Shown here: piece after piece, positions 21,003 through 30,865 of the stretch
Numbering within the stretch: position 1 is the first letter of the stretch
Layout: each line of letters begins with the position of its first letter
Sequence record: SRR31156797_707
DNA length: 64,000 nt
Strand: one strand, 5' to 3'
Made by a program: the position numbers and the translations under genes
The notes under the pieces: generated by a model
Told to the model about the DNA's origin: nothing
What the model saw: only the letters and a program-made list of their open reading frames with translations
The model's database searches: none

Positions 21003-22636
21003 TAGAGAGTGATAGCTTTCGCATCGAGCATACCATCGAGTGCGAGAATCTCTTCAAGCACATGGGATGGAACTTTGCTGTCTACTCTGACAAATGCCAC
21101 AGCGTCGCCCTCGCCCTCTTTGTTAAGATTTCTTGAGAGGTCGAAATCAGCGATATTTATCTTATGGTTGCCGAGGATAGTGCCAACTTTGCCGATAATC
21201 CCAGGCTTATCGAGGTTGTTAAAGTAGAGGAATGAACCCTCAGCTATAAGGTCTGTATAATACTTATCGTAAATGAGAAGCCTGCCTGTATTATCAGCGA
21301 AGACAGTACCGGCGTACATCTTCTCTTCCTTATCAGTTTTAACCTTGATAACTACAAGATCGTTAAATTTATCATAGTGGGAAGCTTTTGTTTCGATAAT
21401 GTCGATATTGCGCTCTTTCGCAACGTAAGGTGCATTAATGAAAGAGACAGTCTCAGCGACAGCAACCTCCATAAAGCCTTTCAGACCAGCTATTGTAAAC
21501 GGCTGAAAATTAAATGGCGTGTCGAATGTGCGCTCACCGAAATCTTCTTCAAACTTCTGACCAACCATCTGCACTTCGATGCGCTCTGGTCTACCCTTAG
21601 TGAGCTGTGCCGCCATGTGCCCCATACCTTCGAGAAGCTCGAAATATCTCTGCATCTCTTCCGGAAGCTGAGTTTTCATGAATGGAATATTTACAGCATT
21701 TTTATATGATCTGCCGTGCAGTGCGTTAACAACCTGCTCAGCGATGATAAGAGCAACACCCTGCTGACCTTCCGCAGTGTTAGCACCGATGTGCGGAGTA
21801 ACATAAATGTTATCCACTTCAAAAAACGGGTGATTAACCGGAGGCTCTTTTTCGAAAACGTCAAGCCCAGCCGCATGAACCTTACCGGACTTACAAGCAT
21901 CAACTATATCTTTCTCATTAACAATACCGCCACGTGCGCAGTTGATTATAACAACTCCGTCCTTCATCTTAGCGATCTCGTCTTTAGTTATCATGTTATG
22001 TGTCTCATCTGTCAGAGGAGTGTGGAAAGTGATCACATCAGCCTGAGAGATAGCTTCTTCGAGTGAACCGCAAAGTGTCACACCGAGGCTGTCAGCTCTC
22101 TGCTGTTTTATGTATGGGTCGTAAGCAATTACGTCCATATCGAAAGCTTTACAGCGTTTCGCAACATTACCGCCGATACGTCCAAGTCCGATCACAGCGA
22201 GTTTCTTACGGTAGAGCTGAATACCCATAAAGCGCTTTCTGTCCCACTCGCCAGCCTTAGTTGACTGGTTAGCCGCAGGAACCTTGCGCACTACTGAGAG
22301 CATCATAGCCATAGTAAGCTCACAGGCTGCGAGAGTGTTACCTGTCGGGGCGTTCATTACTATGATCCCCTTCATGCTGGCAGCTTCGATATCTACGTTA
22401 TCAAGACCTACTCCGGCACGACCAATGATCTTAAGCTTGCCAGGTTTCTCTATCAGCTCAGGGGTAACTGTTGTACCGCTTCTGGTGATGATAGCATCGT
22501 AATTACCTATGATTTTTTTCAGCTCAGGATTTTTGATTCCCGCCTGAACGTCTACTTCGATATCTTTGTCATCCGTGAGGATTTTGACCCCGTCCTGAGA
22601 GATGTGGTCGGTTATTAGCACTTTATATTTTGGCAT
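21002..22636 (-). CDS. serA: D-3-phosphoglycerate dehydrogenase (type I, ASB+ACT)
   Basis: RAGVGLDNVD, GLGRIG, NCARGG, TPHIGA, C-terminal ACT (DKPGIIG). Confidence 0.96.
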   Translation of the reverse strand: MPKYKVLITDHISQDGVKILTDDKDIEVDVQAGIKNPELKKIIGNYDAIITRSGTTVTPELIEKPGKLKIIGRAGVGLDNVDIEAASMKGIIVMNAPTGNTLAACELTMAMMLSVVRKVPAANQSTKAGEWDRKRFMGIQLYRKKLAVIGLGRIGGNVAKRCKAFDMDVIAYDPYIKQQRADSLGVTLCGSLEEAISQADVITFHTPLTDETHNMITKDEIAKMKDGVVIINCARGGIVNEKDIVDACKSGKVHAAGLDVFEKEPPVNHPFFEVDNIYVTPHIGANTAEGQQGVALIIAEQVVNALHGRSYKNAVNIPFMKTQLPEEMQRYFELLEGMGHMAAQLTKGRPERIEVQMVGQKFEEDFGERTFDTPFNFQPFTIAGLKGFMEVAVAETVSFINAPYVAKERNIDIIETKASHYDKFNDLVVIKVKTDKEEKMYAGTVFADNTGRLLIYDKYYTDLIAEGSFLYFNNLDKPGIIGKVGTILGNHKINIADFDLSRNLNKEGEGDAVAFVRVDSKVPSHVLEEILALDGMLDAKAITL

Positions 22637-22827
22637 TTGCAAAACCTCTATAATATATATGTAGAAAGAGACCCGATAATATCAAAATGCTAAAAATTTG
22701 ACAAGGTAAAACATACTATTTTTATGGGAATTCATTGATAGTCCGTTAATTTTGTAAAACGGCTTGACAGCAAACGGTTTTTTCTGCTTCAATGTTGTAA
22801 TTAATATGATAATCAGGAGAGAGAGCT

Positions 22828-23841
22828 ATGGCTTTTAATGACCTTTTATTAAGAACGATGAACGGTGAAAAAGTAGAGAGACCGCCTGTATGGTTTATGC
22901 GTCAGGCAGGAAGATATATGGAAGAGTACAGAGCTGTACGCAAGAAAGTAACCTTCCTTGAGCTTTGTAAATCGCCGGATCTCTGCACAGAGGTCACTCT
23001 TCAGCCTATCAAAGCTTTCGGTTTTGATAACGCTATCCTCTTCTCAGATATACTTGTACCTATCGAGCCGATGGGTGTCAATCTTGACTTTAACCCTGCA
23101 CCTTTTATCTCAAACCCTGTACGCACACTTGCTGATGCGGACAAGCTCCGTGAGATTAATCCTGAGCAGGATGTTCCGTATGTTCTCGAAACTGTACGCA
23201 AGCTTGTAAAGGCGCTTGATGTACCGCTTATCGGTTTCTCCGGTGCACCTTTCACTCTAGCCTGCTATATGGTCGAGGGGCAAGGCTCTAAAAACTATGA
23301 AAATATCAAAACCATGATACATACACAACCTGATGCCTACAGAGTTCTTATGGAGAAGCTTGCTAACTCCACTCTGAAATACCTTCAGGCTCAAATAGAT
23401 AACGGCGCTCACGTTGTTCAGATGTTCGACACATGGGCTGGCGTTGTATCACCTTACGATTATGAAAAATTCATCTTCCCATACGTTGAATATATCGCAA
23501 ATAACCTTAAAGGCGCTCCGCTCATCTATTTCGCAAAAGATAGCTACAGCTTTAACGACATAATCGGAAAGCTCAACTGTGCGGGTATGGGTGTAGACTG
23601 GAAGACACGCCTTGTTGACGCTGACGAGAGACTTGGTAAGGGTAAATTTGTCCTTCAGGGTAACTTCGACCCTATCCAGCTTTTCGGAACAAAAGAGTCT
23701 ATCAAAGAGACTGCACTCAAGATACTTGAAGAGGGTAAAACTCTTAAAGGTCATATATTTAACCTCGGTCACGGTATCGTACCTGCGACTCCGAGAGAGA
23801 ACGTTGACTACCTCGTGAAAGTGGTAAAAGGGGAAGCATGA
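22828..23841 (+). CDS. hemE: uroporphyrinogen decarboxylase
   Basis: PVWFMRQAGRY, FSDIL, NLGHG. Confidence 0.97.
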   Translation: MAFNDLLLRTMNGEKVERPPVWFMRQAGRYMEEYRAVRKKVTFLELCKSPDLCTEVTLQPIKAFGFDNAILFSDILVPIEPMGVNLDFNPAPFISNPVRTLADADKLREINPEQDVPYVLETVRKLVKALDVPLIGFSGAPFTLACYMVEGQGSKNYENIKTMIHTQPDAYRVLMEKLANSTLKYLQAQIDNGAHVVQMFDTWAGVVSPYDYEKFIFPYVEYIANNLKGAPLIYFAKDSYSFNDIIGKLNCAGMGVDWKTRLVDADERLGKGKFVLQGNFDPIQLFGTKESIKETALKILEEGKTLKGHIFNLGHGIVPATPRENVDYLVKVVKGEA

Positions 23842-24785
23842 AAAAAGACCTGCTCTATGTAATGTATATGGGCGGACCGGACAGTATCGAAGGTATTGAG
23901 GAATTCCTCTTTAACCTTTTCTCTGATCGTACCATTATAGACTTTCACATAGGCGGTTTCCTCCAGACTTTTGTTGCGAAAAAGATAGCCAAAAGCCGCT
24001 CCCGTAAAGTTGCGCCCGAATATGAGAAGATCGGCGGACGCTCACCACAGCTACCTTATCTGCAATCACTGCTGGAAAAAATAAAACCTAAATACGAAGC
24101 GCAAACCGGACGTGAACTTGTCACTGATATCGGCATGTGCTACTACCACCCATACATAGAGGACTCTATCAAGGCTCATGAGGGTGCGGACTATGAAAAC
24201 ATCATCGTCACAACCATGTACCCGCAGTATTCATACACAACCAGCGGCGTCTGCTTCGACAGGTTTGATAAAGCACAAAAACTTGGTAAACAGCCAAATA
24301 TCATCAAGGACTGGTATGAGAATGAAGCTTATAACAGGTGCATAGCTGACCGTATTTTAAAGGCGGCTGAAAATCTTGGAAAAGATATCGGCGACTGCCA
24401 CCTGCTGTTCTCTGCTCACTCCTTACCGGAATACACTGTCAATAAAGGCGATGAATACACAACCCAGATTATGATGCAGGTTGAAAAGCTTGTTGAGATG
24501 ACTGATCCGAAAAGTTTCGGCTTAGCTTATCAGAGCAGAACTGGTCCTGTTAAATGGGTAGGTCCGTACACCGACAGAGAGCTTGAAAGGCTGGCAGAAG
24601 AGCGTGTTGATAACATCATAGTTGTACCTATATCGTTCGTCTCAGACCACATAGAGACCCTCATAGAGCTTGATGAGCAGTATATCCCAACCGTCAGAGA
24701 GGCAGGGCTTAACATAGCCCGTGCGGAAAGCCTCAACGACTCCGACGACTTCGCAGATGCCTTCCTTGACGTTATTTCTCAATAA
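23838..24785 (+). CDS. hemH: ferrochelatase (protoporphyrin or coproporphyrin)
   Basis: MGGP, GGRSP, YPQYS, FSAHSLP, YQSR.GP, FVSDHIETL.ELD. Confidence 0.95.
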   Translation: MKKDLLYVMYMGGPDSIEGIEEFLFNLFSDRTIIDFHIGGFLQTFVAKKIAKSRSRKVAPEYEKIGGRSPQLPYLQSLLEKIKPKYEAQTGRELVTDIGMCYYHPYIEDSIKAHEGADYENIIVTTMYPQYSYTTSGVCFDRFDKAQKLGKQPNIIKDWYENEAYNRCIADRILKAAENLGKDIGDCHLLFSAHSLPEYTVNKGDEYTTQIMMQVEKLVEMTDPKSFGLAYQSRTGPVKWVGPYTDRELERLAEERVDNIIVVPISFVSDHIETLIELDEQYIPTVREAGLNIARAESLNDSDDFADAFLDVISQ

Positions 24786-24791
24786 TAGCTT

Positions 24792-25079
24792 ATGAAGAAA
24801 GGATACGCATACATCATTACCAATAATAACGGGACGACCTTATACATTGGCGTAACATCAAGCCTCACAAAGCGAATCTACGAGCACAAACAAAAACTTG
24901 TTGACGGTTTTTCAAAAAAATATAACCTTACAAAGCTTGTTTATTTTGAGTGTTTTGATAATATTCAAGATGCACTCGAAAGAGAGAAACAGCTCAAGAA
25001 ATACAAAAGGGCTAAAAAACAAGAACTAATAAACTCTGCTAATCCTGAATGGAACGATTTATATAGTAGTTTATTTTAG
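24792..25079 (+). CDS. stand-alone GIY-YIG nuclease
   Basis: GYAYI...LYIGVT...R..EH...F.KKY...LVYFE...A.EREKQLK...K..LI...NP.W.DL; 95 aa. Confidence 0.93.
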   Translation: MKKGYAYIITNNNGTTLYIGVTSSLTKRIYEHKQKLVDGFSKKYNLTKLVYFECFDNIQDALEREKQLKKYKRAKKQELINSANPEWNDLYSSLF

Positions 25080-25089
25080 TCTTTTTGCT

Positions 25090-25166
25090 GAGACTCTCAC
25101 AGTCGCAAGCTCCCTCAGAGTGACAACTTTCTGTCATCATGAGGAACGAAGTGACGTGATGATCTC
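25090..25166. repeat. REP-like doublet, copy 2 (GTCA ends facing inward), behind the GIY-YIG gene
   Basis: Minus-strand GTCACTCTGAGGGAGCTTGCGACTGTGAGAGTCTC (25090-25124) and plus-strand GTCATCATGAGGAACGAAGTGACGTGATGATCTC (25133-25166). Confidence 0.85.
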
Positions 25167-25195
25167 AGCCACTAGAACAACAACGGGTAGATAAA

Positions 25196-26044
25196 TTGGA
25201 AAAATTCAAAACTTTTTTAAGTATGATAAAGGTTGAGCACACACTTTTCGCTCTGCCGTTCGCATTTACAGGGATGTTCCTCGCCGCTAGAGGGCTTCCG
25301 TCTTTTATGACTATATTCTGGATTATCGTGGCTGTGTTAGGTGCACGCTCCGGTGCAATGGGCTTTAACCGTGTAGCAGATGCAAAGATAGACGCTCGCA
25401 ACCCACGCACGGCTAACCGTGACATACCAGCAGGCAAAATCTCCGTTAATGAAGCTACATTATATGTAGTAATATCCTTTGCGGTATATTTCTTCGCCGC
25501 ATACATGCTTAACCCGCTCTGCCTATACCTCTCCCCTCTTCCGTTTGCTGTTTTTATACTCTATTCATACACGAAGAGGTTCACATTCCTCTGTCATATA
25601 GTATTGGGCGTTGCTCTCGGTATAGCTCCTGTCGGCGCATGGGTCGCAGTTACAGGCTCGCTTAACATCGGCATACTACTCATGGGGCTTGCGGTACTCT
25701 TCTGGGTATCAGGCTTCGACATTGTATACGCTTGTCAGGACATCGAATTCGACCGTGATGAAGGACTTTTTTCTATACCACGATACCTAGGACTTCGTAA
25801 TTCGCTGACACTTGCGAGAATTTTTCACATAATATCATTCATTATATTTCTATACACATGGTCGTACTTCGACCTCGGGCTCATATATCTTATCGGTATT
25901 TTGTTAACTGGCGCATTTATGGTGTATCAGCACTCGATTATCAAGCCGGAAGACCTATCCAGACTGGATATGGCGTTTTTTAACCTGAATGCTTATATTA
26001 GCCTTAGCATTTGCGCATTCACATTCTTAGACCTTATTATATAG
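25196..26044 (+). CDS. UbiA-family prenyltransferase (MqnP-like)
   Basis: NRVADAKID..NPRT..R, YSYTKRFT, DIVYACQD...D. Confidence 0.9.
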   Translation: MEKFKTFLSMIKVEHTLFALPFAFTGMFLAARGLPSFMTIFWIIVAVLGARSGAMGFNRVADAKIDARNPRTANRDIPAGKISVNEATLYVVISFAVYFFAAYMLNPLCLYLSPLPFAVFILYSYTKRFTFLCHIVLGVALGIAPVGAWVAVTGSLNIGILLMGLAVLFWVSGFDIVYACQDIEFDRDEGLFSIPRYLGLRNSLTLARIFHIISFIIFLYTWSYFDLGLIYLIGILLTGAFMVYQHSIIKPEDLSRLDMAFFNLNAYISLSICAFTFLDLII

Positions 26045-26052
26045 AGGGATTA

Positions 26053-26625
26053 ATGAGACGGATATTTTTAGGCATAACAGGGGCGAGCGGAGCTTTATAC
26101 GGCAAAAAGCTTATAGAAGAACTTGCGGATAAGTGCGAACTACACATCTGCATCACTCCTGATGGTCTGACTAATATCAACCTTGAGCTTAAAACAGAAT
26201 ATCAATCTTCTGAAGAATTTCTAGCCGACCTCAACATCAACGCCAATCTTTACGACTATAAAAACTTCGCCGCAAAGGTCTCCAGCGGTTCATTTATGGT
26301 TGATTCATACATCATTGCACCCGCCTCTATGGGCTTTGTCGGACGTGCCGCCGGAGGGATAAGCTCTAACCTCATCGAGCGCTGTGCTGATGTTGCTATG
26401 AAGGAGCGCAGGAAGCTCGTTATACTCTTCAGAGAGATGCCGCTAAGCCTCATACATATGGAAAATCTTACTCGCTTAACAAAAGCTGGAGCGGTTTGTA
26501 TGCCAGCCGCACCGGGGTTTTACCATAGCCCGCAAAATATTGATGACTTAATATCTTTTGTTGTAGGGAAAATATTTGATATAATAGAGTTACAGCACGA
26601 ACTATACAACAGGTGGAACGGCTGA
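26053..26625 (+). CDS. ubiX: flavin prenyltransferase UbiX
   Basis: GITGASG, SSGS, R.ADV.MKERR, REMP, PGFY. Confidence 0.93.
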   Translation: MRRIFLGITGASGALYGKKLIEELADKCELHICITPDGLTNINLELKTEYQSSEEFLADLNINANLYDYKNFAAKVSSGSFMVDSYIIAPASMGFVGRAAGGISSNLIERCADVAMKERRKLVILFREMPLSLIHMENLTRLTKAGAVCMPAAPGFYHSPQNIDDLISFVVGKIFDIIELQHELYNRWNG

Positions 26626-26646
26626 TTAATCTTTAAGGGTGAAGCC

Positions 26647-26937
26647 TTGGATAACGAAAGACTCTATAATATCAAAATGCTGAACGGACTTATCATAAAG
26701 GATCTTGACGAAAAACAGATTCAAGACGGGCTTAGTTCCGGAAAATATCTGCCGTCAGACTTTGTCACAGACGAAAACGGCTATTGGATTCACCTTAAAG
26801 ACACTAAATTTTTTAAATCTAAAAATAAAAATATGAATGGATGGATGGCTTTATTTGCTCTGTCATTTATAATAAATATAGTAATGGTTATTCTAATGTT
26901 CTGGCAGAAATCCAGAATTGAACAGCTCTTGAACTAA
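26647..26937 (+). CDS. small hypothetical protein with C-terminal TM helix
   Basis: TTG start in operon context; hydrophobic C-terminal segment. Confidence 0.6.
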   Translation: MDNERLYNIKMLNGLIIKDLDEKQIQDGLSSGKYLPSDFVTDENGYWIHLKDTKFFKSKNKNMNGWMALFALSFIINIVMVILMFWQKSRIEQLLN

Positions 26938-26949
26938 CAGGAGGATACA

Positions 26950-27351
26950 ATGGACACTAAATGGGTAAAAGATAGCTTCGACAAAGGGAAAATAGAAATT
27001 CTTAAGTTCGCAAAAGCGAGCAAAATCAAAATTGACATCACCTCTCTTAATAAAAAGAAGGATGAGCGGGTCAAGGTTCTTGGTAACAAAGTGCTTGAGA
27101 TGGTTGAAAGCGGCGAGCTTGATTCTGAGCTTTTCGAACCGGACTACACTTATATCAGAAACATAGACAATGAGATCGCCGAAAAAGAGGCTGAGCTGGA
27201 GTTTGCTGATGAAGAGGAAGCCGCTGCTGAGGAAGTTAACGATGATCTTGACATAGTACAGATCGAGTCGCAAAAAGTTCTCACAGCCGATTCTATCCCG
27301 CTTGAGCCTGAACCGGAAGATGAAAACAACGATAAAACGGAGACAAAATGA
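26950..27351 (+). CDS. hypothetical coiled-coil protein with acidic tail
   Basis: Strong AGGAGG RBS; stop overlaps next start. Confidence 0.7.
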   Translation: MDTKWVKDSFDKGKIEILKFAKASKIKIDITSLNKKKDERVKVLGNKVLEMVESGELDSELFEPDYTYIRNIDNEIAEKEAELEFADEEEAAAEEVNDDLDIVQIESQKVLTADSIPLEPEPEDENNDKTETK

Positions 27352-27827
27352 AAAAATTATTTCTGATTCCTGTGATGCTTCTGGTTCTCGCCGGATGTAT
27401 GCAGATGAATATGCAGTTTAAACCGACAACAGGTCTCATAGATAAATATGATCATCACGTTAAAGACAACAATGTTGCTATATATTATTCTGTGAAAAAC
27501 AGCCCTTCTGGTAAAATGCTGAACATGGCAGTTCAGAATGTGGCAAAAGTGTATATGAACAACCTTACGATAAATTATGACGAATGCTGTCAGTCTTATC
27601 ACAAGGGGCCTGGAAAATATAACTATAAAAATCTCGGCAACCTTAAAAACAGAAGCCATAAAACTATGCAGTTGTCACTTAAAGGGGTTAGCGAGAAATC
27701 TTTAAAACTCGTTTATAATTTCACACCTGTGCTTGAAGACGGTTTTCTCATGACTGACTCCAGCAGCGTGCCTTCGCCGCAAATGGAGAATATCCAAGGG
27801 ACTATCAGAGTTTACATTCAAGATTAG
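27348..27827 (+). CDS. hypothetical lipoprotein
   Basis: Lipobox LAG-C. Confidence 0.75.
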   Translation: MKKLFLIPVMLLVLAGCMQMNMQFKPTTGLIDKYDHHVKDNNVAIYYSVKNSPSGKMLNMAVQNVAKVYMNNLTINYDECCQSYHKGPGKYNYKNLGNLKNRSHKTMQLSLKGVSEKSLKLVYNFTPVLEDGFLMTDSSSVPSPQMENIQGTIRVYIQD

Positions 27828-27850
27828 TAATTATTAATTTCTAAATACGA

Positions 27851-27889
27851 TAAGACCTGTTCATTACACTTGGGCAGGTCTTTTATTTT
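27851..27889 (+). terminator. intrinsic terminator
   Basis: AAGACCTGTTCA...TGGGCAGGTCTT followed by TTATTTT. Confidence 0.75.
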
Positions 27890-28491
27890 GTTATTTTTCA
27901 GTGATATATGGCTGAAACACTCTAAAATCAACATTTTACTATATGATAATTTTTTATAACACAGTTACAACTCTGTTAAAATTTATCATTATCGATACAT
28001 TTCTGGTATATATGAATATATTTATACATCTAATAAAATATTGTAGACTCAAAATTATTTTTTTAATTTTTATAAAAAAAATTACACAAAATTTTTATCT
28101 TTTTATTATTAGTAAGTTATGATAGTTATAAACTTTAAATAAACCTCGTTAATAATATATAAACCACATTTCACAAAGGTGTATAGTGCATATTATAACC
28201 AACACTATCTGTGACTTAGCTTTCTTACTCAAGTTAAAATTGTAAGCTTTTTTACAATATTCGTAAAATACTTTTGATATTAATAAAATTAGGGTGTAAT
28301 ATTGATTATAGCCTAATCAATTCATTATTAGTAACCAACAACATCAAGAGTCATAAATTAATAATATAATTAACTTTTATATATAACGGAAAATATAAAG
28401 CTGATATATCCAGACAGTAGCATTTGTATATTGTATACAATATCCATAGCTTTTATATTCTAAAAGCAAGATATATCAGGATTTTTTCCTG

Positions 28492-28520
28492 TTGACACAT
28501 TTATAACACTGTACTATTAT
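28492..28520 (+). promoter_or_regulatory. sigma70 promoter of the acetate-permease cluster
   Basis: TTGACA (28492-28497) - 17 bp - TATTAT (28515-28520). Confidence 0.75.
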
Positions 28521-28694
28521 TTGATCATAAATTTTAAGCTTTTGTAAATTTCGTTCTCACAAAATTGAACAGAGGGACGAAAACAGGCTTAAGTTAACAA
28601 ATTGTCGGAATGGCTCATGGTAAACTTGTAGGATAGAAGTTAACTGGAGTTTCCGGCAGGGTTTTAAAAACCATTTTTAGTGAGGTGTATTTTT

Positions 28695-28949
28695 ATGGAC
28701 AAGTCAGCTGAAATGTATTGGAAAAAAGTTTTAGGCTTAATTCGTAACGTACTCATCGTTTGGTTCATCGTATCCTACGGATGCGGAATCATGTTCGCTA
28801 GTGCGCTCGACAGCATAAAACTTGGCGGATACCCACTTGGGTTCTGGTTTGCTCAGCAAGGTTCTATCTATGTATTTGTTGCACTGATTTTCATCTATGC
28901 AAAGCTCATGGGGAAACTTGATGAAGAATTTGACGTAGCAGAAGACTAA
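28695..28949 (+). CDS. DUF4212 small membrane subunit of solute symporter
   Basis: YW......LIVWF.VS...G.PLGFWFAQQGSIYVF; directly precedes the SSS gene. Confidence 0.9.
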   Translation: MDKSAEMYWKKVLGLIRNVLIVWFIVSYGCGIMFASALDSIKLGGYPLGFWFAQQGSIYVFVALIFIYAKLMGKLDEEFDVAED

Positions 28950-28960
28950 GGGGGTATGAT

Positions 28961-30766
28961 ATGGGATTACAAGCTATAACGTATTTAGTAGTTGGTATAA
29001 CTTTTGCACTCTATATCGGAATTGCGATATGGGCACGTGCGGGTAGTACAAAAGAATTTTATGTTGCCGGCGGTGGTGTACACCCTGTACTCAACGGTAT
29101 GGCGACAGGCGCGGACTGGATGTCTGCTGCATCATTCATCTCTATGGCCGGTTTGATCGGTTTCATGGGTTACGGTGGTGGACTCTTCCTTATGGGTTGG
29201 ACAGGTGGCTACGTGCTTCTTGCTATGCTCCTTGCTCCTTACCTCAGAAAGTTCGGAAAGTTTACAGTACCTGATTTCTTCAAAGCACGCTTCTATTCAG
29301 ACACAGCAACAGTTGTTGCGGTAATATGTCTTCTCGCTGCATCCACAACATACATCATTGGTCAGATGACTGGTGTTGGTGTTGCATTCTCTCGTTTCCT
29401 CGGTGTTTCTAACACTATGGGAGTTTTTATCGGAATGGCTATCGTTTTCATGTATGCAGTTTTCGGCGGTATGAAGGGAATCACATATACACAGGTTGCA
29501 CAGTATTGCGTACTTATCCTTGCGTACACTGTTCCTGCTATATTTATCTCTCTGAACCTTACAGGAAACCCACTTCCACAGCTCGGTCTTGGTTCTGACT
29601 TCGTAGGAAGCAACGTATCGCTCCTTACAAAGCTCGACATGATCGTTACGGATCTCGGATTTAGTAAATATACGACATCTATACCTGGAAGTAAGCTGAA
29701 CATGTTCGCTTACACAGTATCACTTATGCTTGGTACTGCTGGACTTCCACACGTTATTATCCGTTTCTTTACAGTACCAAAGGTAAAAGATGCTCGTTCA
29801 TCTGCTGGTTGGGCACTTGTATTCATCGCAATACTTTACACAACAGCTCCTGGTGTTGCTGCTATGGCACGTCTTAACCTTCACGCAACTGTTAACACAG
29901 CTGTTGTTTCTGGTGGCGACGTATTCGCAGAAGAAGCTTCTATCAAGTATGATACACGCCCAGCGTGGATGGCTAGATGGGAAGTTACAGGACTCCTTAA
30001 GTTCTCTGACAAAAACGGTGACGGACGTATTCAGTACTACAACGACAAGTCTAAAGACCCAGCTTTCATAGCGAAAGTTGAGCAGGCTGGCTGGAAAGGT
30101 AACGAGCTTAATGTTAACCGAGATATCATGGTTCTCGCTAACCCTGAAATCGCACAGCTCCCTAACTGGGTAATCGCACTTGTTGCTGCTGGTGGTCTCG
30201 CTGCTGCTCTTTCAACAGCTGCTGGTCTCCTCCTTGCGATCTCCGCTGCTGTATCTCACGACCTTCTTAAGAACATACTTATGAAAGACATGTCAGAGAA
30301 GAATGAGCTTATGGCTGGTAGAATTGCTATGGCGTGCGCGATCGTAGGTGCTGGTTACCTCGGACTCAACCCACCTGACTTCGCCGCTGGTACAGTGGCA
30401 ATCGCGTTCGGTCTCGCTGCTTCATCTATATTCCCAGCTCTTATGATGGGTATCTTCAGCAAGACTATGAACAAGCAAGGTGCTATCGCTGGTATGCTCG
30501 CAGGTCTTGGTATCACAATGTTCTACGTATTCGCACACACTGGAATACTTTACATCAAAGGTACTGAGTACTACAGCCTCTTCGGCGGTAAAAACTTCTT
30601 CTTCGGAATTCACCCGAACGCATTCGGAGCAGTTGGTGCACTTATCAACTTCATCGTAGCATTCATAGTTAAAGGCTTCACAGAGCCGGTTCCGGAAGAA
30701 ATATCAGCTATGGTTGAAGATGTACGTGTACCTAAGGGTGCAGGCGAAGCTGCAGCTGATCATTAA
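28961..30766 (+). CDS. actP: cation/acetate symporter (SSS family, ActP/VC_2705 type)
   Basis: NGMATGADWMSAASF, GTAGLPHV..RFFTV, AAALSTAAGLL; DKNGDGRIQY loop. Confidence 0.88.
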   Translation: MGLQAITYLVVGITFALYIGIAIWARAGSTKEFYVAGGGVHPVLNGMATGADWMSAASFISMAGLIGFMGYGGGLFLMGWTGGYVLLAMLLAPYLRKFGKFTVPDFFKARFYSDTATVVAVICLLAASTTYIIGQMTGVGVAFSRFLGVSNTMGVFIGMAIVFMYAVFGGMKGITYTQVAQYCVLILAYTVPAIFISLNLTGNPLPQLGLGSDFVGSNVSLLTKLDMIVTDLGFSKYTTSIPGSKLNMFAYTVSLMLGTAGLPHVIIRFFTVPKVKDARSSAGWALVFIAILYTTAPGVAAMARLNLHATVNTAVVSGGDVFAEEASIKYDTRPAWMARWEVTGLLKFSDKNGDGRIQYYNDKSKDPAFIAKVEQAGWKGNELNVNRDIMVLANPEIAQLPNWVIALVAAGGLAAALSTAAGLLLAISAAVSHDLLKNILMKDMSEKNELMAGRIAMACAIVGAGYLGLNPPDFAAGTVAIAFGLAASSIFPALMMGIFSKTMNKQGAIAGMLAGLGITMFYVFAHTGILYIKGTEYYSLFGGKNFFFGIHPNAFGAVGALINFIVAFIVKGFTEPVPEEISAMVEDVRVPKGAGEAAADH

Positions 30767-30865
30767 GATTTAACTTAAATCATATAAATTAATCGCCCTG
30801 CCGGCTCATGTCGGCGGGGCATAATTATCAGAAGTGCTTAAGAGTTATTATAAAAGGAGTTTTCA

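Noticed and set aside
27890-28490. Replication origin
   Set aside because: AT-rich, but no cluster of TTATCCACA-type DnaA boxes and no dnaA/gidA context was seen.
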